From positions 2,527-66,526 of the forward strand of contig MGGC01000033.1 in the NCBI GenBank assembly GCA_001792215.1: 64,000 nucleotides of DNA, read 5' to 3'. Made by a program: the position numbers and the translations under genes. The stretch is from Candidatus Woesebacteria bacterium RIFCSPHIGHO2_01_FULL_38_10. Its GTDB lineage: Bacteria > Patescibacteriota > Microgenomatia > UBA8517. The notes beneath the pieces were generated by a model that was not told the DNA's origin, did no database searches, and was given only the letters and a program-made list of their open reading frames with translations. The first letter of the stretch is position 1; the number at the start of each line of letters is the position of its first letter. Positions 57,605 through 64,000 of this stretch are shown piece by piece.

Positions 57605-57733
57605 ACTGACCTACGCGCATTTATAAAAGTATCAAAGAATAACCTCAAACATTTTTGCATCTTGAAATCAGAGTGTCAAGGAGATATAAAAGTAAAACTC
57701 CAGCCTAAAATTCCAAATTCAATCTAAAAAAAT

Positions 57734-58039
57734 ATGGCAAAAAGAAGAACCAAAAAGCAAAAAAAATGGGCAAAACATAAATTTTCAGCATCTTGGAAAA
57801 CTGAGATTCCAGGTTTTCCCTCTAATCTTAGAGCAAACTTAGTCGAAGCTAATGTCAAGAGGCAGTTTAAAAATAAAAAATCCAAAGATTTTCATTCAAA
57901 AAAACTTAAAAAAATAACCAAAGATATGGCTAGAACCAGCGTTTCAGGCTCGGTAAAAAAAGATATATATAAAAGTCTGTTCTTCGCTTCGATCATTGTA
58001 AGTTTGGAGATAGTGTTATACTTAGCTTTGAATAAGTAA
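57734..58039 (+). CDS. basic hypothetical protein with C-terminal TM helix
   Basis: ORF track; Lys-rich with hydrophobic tail. Confidence 0.65.
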   Translation: MAKRRTKKQKKWAKHKFSASWKTEIPGFPSNLRANLVEANVKRQFKNKKSKDFHSKKLKKITKDMARTSVSGSVKKDIYKSLFFASIIVSLEIVLYLALNK

Positions 58040-58153
58040 ACCAGTTTTTTTAGTCCAACTGCCCTAAGAAAGAGCTCCAGTTTACTTAGCCTTCTTTAAA
58101 AGAAGAGTTTTTTAAACTGGAAGACCATTTGGGAAGGGGGTGAAACGAAATTT

Positions 58154-58291
58154 ATGTATTGTGTAAAGTGTAGAACCAAAAGAGAAGGCAAAAACCATGA
58201 AGATGTGACAATGAAAAACGGTAAAAAAGCCACAAGAGCTGTTTGTGAAGTTTGCGGTACCAGGATGTTTAAAATTAAGGGTAATGCTTAA
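58154..58291 (+). CDS. DUF5679-like zinc-ribbon protein (45 aa), not in ORF track
   Basis: MYCVKCRTKR...TMKNGKKATRAVCEVCGTRMFKI; SD GGGGGTGA. Confidence 0.88.
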   Translation: MYCVKCRTKREGKNHEDVTMKNGKKATRAVCEVCGTRMFKIKGNA

Positions 58292-58315
58292 AAGAATAAA
58301 TTCTATTTAATCTCC

Positions 58316-58344
58316 CAAGAGAGCCCTTTTAAGGGGTTCTCTTG
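58316..58344 (+). terminator. hairpin after zinc-ribbon gene
   Basis: CAAGAGAGCCCTT-TT-AAGGGGTTCTCTTG. Confidence 0.5.
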
Positions 58345-58364
58345 TATTAGGAAATCTTTTCCAA

Positions 58365-58970
58365 ATGAAAAAAGACTTCTCCGAAGTTTTTAAAATCTTT
58401 AAAAAACATTATCAAAGAATCCCTTTGGAAATATTCCATAACAATGCCTACAAAACCCTCATATCAACACTTCTTTCTTCAAGAACCAAAGATGAGGTTA
58501 CTTTAGAAGCATCAAAGAGACTATTTAAAAAGGCGCCAGATATTGGAAAACTTCAGCAATTGAATCTACAAACAATCGAGCAGTTGATCTATCCTGTTGG
58601 TTTTTATAAAACCAAAGCAAAACACCTAAGACGACTGGCCAGAGTAGTAATCAAGAAATACAAAGGTAAAATCCCCAAAACAAGAGATTGTTTGACGCAG
58701 TTGTCCGGCGTTGGAAGAAAAACTGCAAATTTAGTTCTAAACCATGCTTTTAGAATTCCGGCAATCGCCGTTGACACACACGTTCACAGAATCAGCAACA
58801 TCTTGGGTTGGGTAAGCACAAAAACTCCTGAAACTACGGAAAAAGAATTAGAAAAAATCTTGCGGAAAAAATACTGGACTGATATTAACCGCCTCTTCGT
58901 TTCCATCGGAAGACAATATACAACCAAAAACAAGCTTGAAAATTTCTTGAAAAAAGAGAAGGTTATCTAA
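58365..58970 (+). CDS. nth: endonuclease III (HhH-GPD), lacking the 4Fe-4S motif
   Basis: LLSSRTKD, LSGVGRKTANLV, AVDTHVHR. Confidence 0.9.
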   Translation: MKKDFSEVFKIFKKHYQRIPLEIFHNNAYKTLISTLLSSRTKDEVTLEASKRLFKKAPDIGKLQQLNLQTIEQLIYPVGFYKTKAKHLRRLARVVIKKYKGKIPKTRDCLTQLSGVGRKTANLVLNHAFRIPAIAVDTHVHRISNILGWVSTKTPETTEKELEKILRKKYWTDINRLFVSIGRQYTTKNKLENFLKKEKVI

Positions 58971-59045
58971 CCTAACTTTTTGACTAAACCTTAAAAAATC
59001 AATCACCTTCAAGAACTATCAAAAAAATCTCATAAACAGCTCAAT

Positions 59046-59735
59046 TCAATAATCTAAACTTTTTCCTTCCTCAGCCTCATCTACTATCCCGACAATATCA
59101 CCTTTAGAGAATTTTGCTATTATCCAGCCGGTCGCAAAACCTCCAATATGGGCAAACCAGGCAACTCCGCCAATTTGAGCAATTGCAATCGATCCGACTC
59201 CTGAAAATATTTGGGTGGCAAACCAATAAATAAGCATTAGTGATGCTGGCAAATTAACTATTCGACTAAATAATCCAAAAGGAATTAAGGTTTCAATCTG
59301 ATGTTTGGGGAAAAATACTAAATACGCACCTAATATTCCAGCAACAGCCCCGCTTGCCCCAAGCATTGGAATATCAGAATTCGGAGAAAGTAAATATTGC
59401 GCCAAACCTCCTACAACTCCGGAAAAAAGATAGATCAATAAATATTTAATATGCCCAAATCTCTCCTCCACATTATCTCCGAATATTTTCAAAAACCACA
59501 TATTGGAAATTATATGTAAAAACCCTGCATGCAAAAACTGGCTTGTGATAAATGGAGTAAACGTTATGTAATTTGTAAAATCTACATTAGCGGGAATTAA
59601 GGCGTAAGAATTGATAAACCCTTCCGTATCAAGTACAAAAAGTTCCAATCCAAAAACAAATGCGTTAACCAATATTACTATTACTGTTATTAAAGGATAC
59701 TTATGGCTTTTATGAGAATCTCTGAGAGGAAACAT
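59046..59735 (-). CDS. rhomboid intramembrane serine protease
   Basis: FLHAGFLHIISN, GASG, AHIGG. Confidence 0.95.
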   Translation of the reverse strand: MFPLRDSHKSHKYPLITVIVILVNAFVFGLELFVLDTEGFINSYALIPANVDFTNYITFTPFITSQFLHAGFLHIISNMWFLKIFGDNVEERFGHIKYLLIYLFSGVVGGLAQYLLSPNSDIPMLGASGAVAGILGAYLVFFPKHQIETLIPFGLFSRIVNLPASLMLIYWFATQIFSGVGSIAIAQIGGVAWFAHIGGFATGWIIAKFSKGDIVGIVDEAEEGKSLDY

Positions 59736-59773
59736 TATAGATTAGCTCAAAACTCAAATGTCAAAAGTTAAAA

Positions 59774-60433
59774 TTAAAAAGCAGTTATTGCAACAGCAAA
59801 GGTATTTTGGGCATAAATACAACCCCAAACATACTCGCCACCGGTCAAAAGTTTTCTATGGCCTAAAGTATTTTCCCAAAGTGATACAGTTTCTCCGGGA
59901 GTACTACCACCAAAAGCCAAAAATTCAGCCAATGTTGAATACTTTTCAAATATCCACTCCAAATCAGACCGCCTTTTTTGCATATTGCTAAAACCTTGAT
60001 GACCATCAAGTTTTCCCAACTCAAGAAGTTCATTTAATCGAATTGAGGCAATTGTACATAGTTCATCCCTTTGATCCAAAGAATTAACACCAAACTCCTG
60101 TCTTTTTTTGTTTACCTCTTGCCAAAGCTCAGGTCCTCCCCAATTCGCAATGACGACATTACTGGGTTTTTTCGTTGAAAATCCCGATGTTGGTGTTGCA
60201 GCTATCTTCTCTTTAATAGAATTCTCTAAAGAAGATTTGTCCTCTTCCCAATTAATTTCCGATTCTCCAGCTAACGATAAAAAATAATTTTCAGTATTAA
60301 TTTGACCTTGTTTAAAACCTATAAAATAACCAAAACGAAAGACTGCAAAAATAAGAAGTAAAAAAAAAGGCAAAGTTAAAGAGACAAGTATGACTTTCGC
60401 GATCAATATTACTATATATCTTGAAAACTCCAT
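59774..60433 (-). CDS. CAP/SCP-domain protein
   Basis: VNKKR, GH, E..A, WENTLGHRKLL. Confidence 0.75.
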   Translation of the reverse strand: MEFSRYIVILIAKVILVSLTLPFFLLLIFAVFRFGYFIGFKQGQINTENYFLSLAGESEINWEEDKSSLENSIKEKIAATPTSGFSTKKPSNVVIANWGGPELWQEVNKKRQEFGVNSLDQRDELCTIASIRLNELLELGKLDGHQGFSNMQKRRSDLEWIFEKYSTLAEFLAFGGSTPGETVSLWENTLGHRKLLTGGEYVWGCIYAQNTFAVAITAF

Positions 60434-60449
60434 ATATCTCCACCTTTCA

Positions 60450-60899
60450 TTAAAAGGCTTTGTCCGTATCCAGTATTATTGTTACTGGTCCATCAAGCTC
60501 TACCTTAATTTTCATATAGCCTCCGAACTCTCCGCTTTCAACTCTGACCCCAATCTCTTTTAATTTAAAAATAAAAAAGTTGTAAAGTTCTTCCGCTATT
60601 TTTGGATCAGCTGCGTGGATAAAAGAGGGTCTATTTCCTTGGGAGGTATCCGCATATAAAGTAAATTGCGAAACGACAAGTATCGACTCATCAATATCCC
60701 TTATTGATAAATTCATCTTCCCTTTTTTATCCGCCATTACCCGAAGTCTCCCTATCTTCTCAGCTAGATTTTCAGCTAAAACTTGCGTATCACCCTCTCC
60801 CACCCCCAGTAAAATAAAAAAACCCTTTTCAATCTTCCCAATCACCTTACCATCCACTTCAACCAACGCCTTTTTCACTCTCTGGACAACCAAACGCAT
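60450..60899 (-). CDS. dtd: D-aminoacyl-tRNA deacylase
   Basis: MRLVVQRV, VSQFTL, GNRPSF, DGPVT. Confidence 0.97.
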   Translation of the reverse strand: MRLVVQRVKKALVEVDGKVIGKIEKGFFILLGVGEGDTQVLAENLAEKIGRLRVMADKKGKMNLSIRDIDESILVVSQFTLYADTSQGNRPSFIHAADPKIAEELYNFFIFKLKEIGVRVESGEFGGYMKIKVELDGPVTIILDTDKAF

Positions 60900-60918
60900 G
60901 AGAAGTATTTTACCACGC

Positions 60919-61125
60919 TTAAGCTTTTTTATCTTTCTCCACTAAATCCCAGAAGTATTTGATTAAAAATATTATCCAGCCAACGACAATTATTAAAAAA
61001 GTGATATTTACCAGTGTTCCCTCGGGCTGAAGAAAAGCATAAATTGCTCCCATTGTAAAAATAAAAAGGAGTCCTCCTAAAAATACAAAATATTCAGCCA
61101 AGAAACGAAAAATTTTTTTAATCAT
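60919..61125 (-). CDS. small two-TM membrane protein
   Basis: Two hydrophobic helices. Confidence 0.65.
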   Translation of the reverse strand: MIKKIFRFLAEYFVFLGGLLFIFTMGAIYAFLQPEGTLVNITFLIIVVGWIIFLIKYFWDLVEKDKKA

Positions 61126-61282
61126 GGAAAATAATCCCCCATATATATTCTACTCAAATTTTGATTAGACAAAATAGAAAATCCCTAAGATCGCCTGAAA
61201 GTAATATTCCCTAATACTTTACCTAGAAATATTCTTTAGTATATTGTAGTTTATTGTATTCTTTAAAAATATACTGACAACT

Positions 61283-61347
61283 TCTGAAAGGGGGGAAAGA
61301 AAATGGGTCAAGCTTTAAGAGTTGAGCCAAAAGAGTTATTACCTTAA
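61283..61347 (+). pseudogene. collapsed XRE-type HTH remnant
   Basis: SERGERK and, in another frame, GQALRVEPKELLP*. Confidence 0.3.
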
Positions 61348-61528
61348 ATTACTTATTTATTATTTCCCTTCGTAATAACCCAGCACAATATCATCTTCAC
61401 TTTCGTAACCCCTAAGTCTTCCGTAAAGGTATCCTAATCTATAATCAACACTTCAAAAAGAACTAAGTTTTTCTGTTTTATCGAACATATTATTAATTAT
61501 TTGAATAAAAACAGATATCATTATAAAT

Positions 61529-62308
61529 ATGATTTATTTTGAGATAGCAAAATTCCAATTTTTAAGGTTTTTGACATACCCCTTAGAAATACTTACCTCC
61601 GTCTTAAAAAGATTAGTAGATACAGCTTTCCTAATTGTTCTTTGGTCTATCATTATTAAAAATACTTCAGGATTGATAACCCTGCCTGAAATAGTCTCAT
61701 ATTTTCTTCTCGCTTCTGGGATAGAGGAAATTGTAATGGCTCACTGGGGATTTTTAGGTGACTACCTTGGATGGAGAATAAAACTGGGAAAATTCAGTAA
61801 CTACCTGCTTAAACCTGTAAGTATAATTCCACAATTGTATGCTTCGGCAATAGGCAGAAACGGCATGAGAGTAATTTTGGCAATAGTAAGCATAATTGCA
61901 GGAATAATAATTCATCCTCCTCAAAACTCCTTATCAGTAGCTTTATTTCTCGTATTTTTTATTACCGCTCTCTTTACAGGATTGGCTTACAACATTATTT
62001 TAGGAACAATGTACTTTCACTTTGTCGACGCAAGCGGAGTAAAGAATGCGATTTCCCATATGTCGAGATTACTTTCAGGTGCAATGGTTCCAATTTATCT
62101 TTTTCCTGAAAACTTTAAGAATTTAATACTTTTAACGCCTTTTCCCGGAATGGTATATGGACCTGTTAATGCTCTTAAGACTAATCAGCTAAACCAAGAG
62201 GTCATTGTTCAGTTATTTGTAATTATCTTTTGGATGCTAATACTTAATGTTGGCGCATACCTATTTTGGAACCAATCGATTAAAAAATATGAAGCTGTTG
62301 GAACTTAA
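61529..62308 (+). CDS. ABC-2 family transporter permease
   Basis: Multi-TM, YLLKP, SGAMVPIYLFP, LTPF. Confidence 0.88.
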   Translation: MIYFEIAKFQFLRFLTYPLEILTSVLKRLVDTAFLIVLWSIIIKNTSGLITLPEIVSYFLLASGIEEIVMAHWGFLGDYLGWRIKLGKFSNYLLKPVSIIPQLYASAIGRNGMRVILAIVSIIAGIIIHPPQNSLSVALFLVFFITALFTGLAYNIILGTMYFHFVDASGVKNAISHMSRLLSGAMVPIYLFPENFKNLILLTPFPGMVYGPVNALKTNQLNQEVIVQLFVIIFWMLILNVGAYLFWNQSIKKYEAVGT

Positions 62309-63113
62309 ACAAAAAGTTATCAATAAAATCCTGCTTATAAAGGCAATAACAATTTATACTTTCCAGCAGGAAACTGCTTATTGGGCAAATACATGGGCAC
62401 ATGTATTATCAACTTTCTTCTATATGCTATCGATGATTTTATTTATCGATGTAGTATATTCAAATGTTAATCTGGTTGCAGGTTACACAAAAAATGAGAT
62501 GCTTTTATTCCTTCTTATGGCGCAAGCTACTTATTATTTAAGCTGGACTATCTACGGGAATCTTATTGACCTAGTCGAAAACGTCAATAATGGAAATCTC
62601 GACCTTGTTTTAGTAAAACCAATTTCTTCCTTGTTTTATATTACTTTCAGACGAATCAGATTGTTTAGAGTAGCTATGGATGGTATTCCCCCATTAATTT
62701 TTCTTGCGCTTGCTATCAACTGGAGTGCACTAAATATATCTTTTCTGCCACTTCTAATAGGAATAATTATTTCAGTCATGGGGACAGTTTGTTCACTTTC
62801 CTTTCATCTTTTGGCAACCTTACCTGTGTTTTGGGTTGGTGAATCCCGAAATATAGTGGAATTTACTTCACATTTTGAATACAACGTAGGGAAAATAATT
62901 CCTCTTGAAGGCTATGGAAAAGATTTCAAATTTTTTTTCAGTACTATTTTTCCATTCCTAATATCAACAGGTTTTTCTACATCAGTAATCCTTGGTAAAT
63001 CTGAACCTTTACCAACCTTATTGTGGGGTTTAACTGTTACAATATTAATGCTTACGGTAAGACAATTTGCTTGGAATAAAGCTCTAAAAGTTTATACATC
63101 TGCATCATCATAA
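62289..63113 (+). CDS. ABC-2 family transporter permease
   Basis: GNLDLVLVKP, YTSASS end; probable start 62289. Confidence 0.88.
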   Translation: MKLLELKQKVINKILLIKAITIYTFQQETAYWANTWAHVLSTFFYMLSMILFIDVVYSNVNLVAGYTKNEMLLFLLMAQATYYLSWTIYGNLIDLVENVNNGNLDLVLVKPISSLFYITFRRIRLFRVAMDGIPPLIFLALAINWSALNISFLPLLIGIIISVMGTVCSLSFHLLATLPVFWVGESRNIVEFTSHFEYNVGKIIPLEGYGKDFKFFFSTIFPFLISTGFSTSVILGKSEPLPTLLWGLTVTILMLTVRQFAWNKALKVYTSASS

Positions 63114-63157
63114 ACAAGTTTGTTCACTCCTTGCCTTTGGCGAGTTTGAATAAAAAC

Positions 63158-64000
63158 ATGGTAGTAAATGTTAAAAATCTAACAAAGGTTTATAAAGTAA
63201 AAAAAACAGCTGGTTTCTTAAAGGATACCTTTTACCCAACGTTTGGAGAAGTGCTGGCAGTTAATAATATTTCTTTTTCAATTGAGAAAGGCGAATCTGT
63301 AGCACTCCTAGGTCCAAACGGAGCTGGAAAAACAACTACCATGAAAGTTCTGACTGGTCTTATTTATCCTACCTCCGGAAACATTAACGTTTTAGACTTC
63401 TTTCCTTTTGACAGAAAAAGAGAATTCCTTAAAAAAATTGGTTTAGTGATGGGTAATAAAACCTCGCTTGAATGGGATTTAACACCCATGCAAAGCTTCC
63501 AATTAAATAAACGAATTTATAACATTAGTGAAAGTAAATTTAATTTAAAAATCAAAGAGTTGTCAGAACTCTTAAGTGTTGAAAAACTCCTAAACACTCA
63601 GGTTAGAAAATTGTCTCTTGGTGAACGAATGAAAATGGAACTAATTAGTTCAATCATTCATAACCCTGATGTTTTATTTTTGGACGAGCCAACAATTGGC
63701 CTTGATATAATCTCAAAACAAAAAATTAGAGACTTTCTGAGAGAAATCCAAAGAAATTCTGAAGTAACCATTCTTTTAACAAGTCACGACATGGACGATG
63801 TAGAAAAAGTAACAGACAGAGTTATCGTAGTAAACGAAGGCTCAATTATTTTTGACGACTCCATGAGCAAACTTCTTTATAAATACAAAAATAAGAAATA
63901 TCTGACGCTTATCTTCACAGAAAAAGTAAAGTCCTTCAAGGTCAAAAGGTTCGGGAAAATTGTTGATAAGAAACCGCTATCTTATACTATTGAAATAAAA
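63158..64000 (+). CDS. ABC transporter ATP-binding protein (runs off window end)
   Basis: GPNGAGKTT, LSLGERMK, LDEPTIGLD, TSHD. Confidence 0.93.
   Translation, partial: MVVNVKNLTKVYKVKKTAGFLKDTFYPTFGEVLAVNNISFSIEKGESVALLGPNGAGKTTTMKVLTGLIYPTSGNINVLDFFPFDRKREFLKKIGLVMGNKTSLEWDLTPMQSFQLNKRIYNISESKFNLKIKELSELLSVEKLLNTQVRKLSLGERMKMELISSIIHNPDVLFLDEPTIGLDIISKQKIRDFLREIQRNSEVTILLTSHDMDDVEKVTDRVIVVNEGSIIFDDSMSKLLYKYKNKKYLTLIFTEKVKSFKVKRFGKIVDKKPLSYTIEIK

Noticed and set aside
576-59991. Numerous short antisense ORFs in the track overlapping serS, lysS, lon, the RM genes, secD and others
   Set aside because: Shadow frames of well-supported genes with no independent evidence
1-64000. CRISPR array, rRNA, reverse transcriptase/retron
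   Set aside because: No regularly spaced repeats, rRNA-like tract or RT motifs seen

Overview
AT-rich bacterial chromosome segment, very probably Patescibacteria/CPR (Microgenomates-like). This is inferred from GAD-less AspRS, CPR-type hypothetical families, many apparently leaderless genes and CPR-type palindromic repeats. The backbone is housekeeping: serS, lysS, greA, tRNA-Glu, lon, truB, gltX, aspS, a short RelA/SpoT, recJ, CCA-adding enzyme, secDF, nth, dtd, cell-wall enzymes and an ABC-2 transporter. A ~19 kb accessory region is inserted at the 3' end of tRNA-Gln(CTG) (19.7-39.1 kb). It resolves into an intact ~15.5 kb element A (19767-35319) and an older decayed relative, element B (~35320-39090). 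Element A carries a large serine recombinase, TerS-like and phage-type replication genes, an RNA-rich divergent control region and an HTH-HEPN-type III RM-PHP/ABC-ATPase defence operon. The top findings are three. (1) The recombinase crossover lies inside its own reading frame: the integrated gene borrows its last 8 codons from the tRNA antisense strand, and an orphan in-frame 32-codon alternative tail sits at the far att site, so excision would swap the C-terminus. (2) A ~140-nt unassigned structured RNA has two GAAA tetraloops, an 11-nt receptor and a 17-bp long-range pairing. (3) GC-rich palindromic mini-elements are inserted in frame in recJ, the CCA enzyme and truB. Family names come from motif recognition only; no searches were run.
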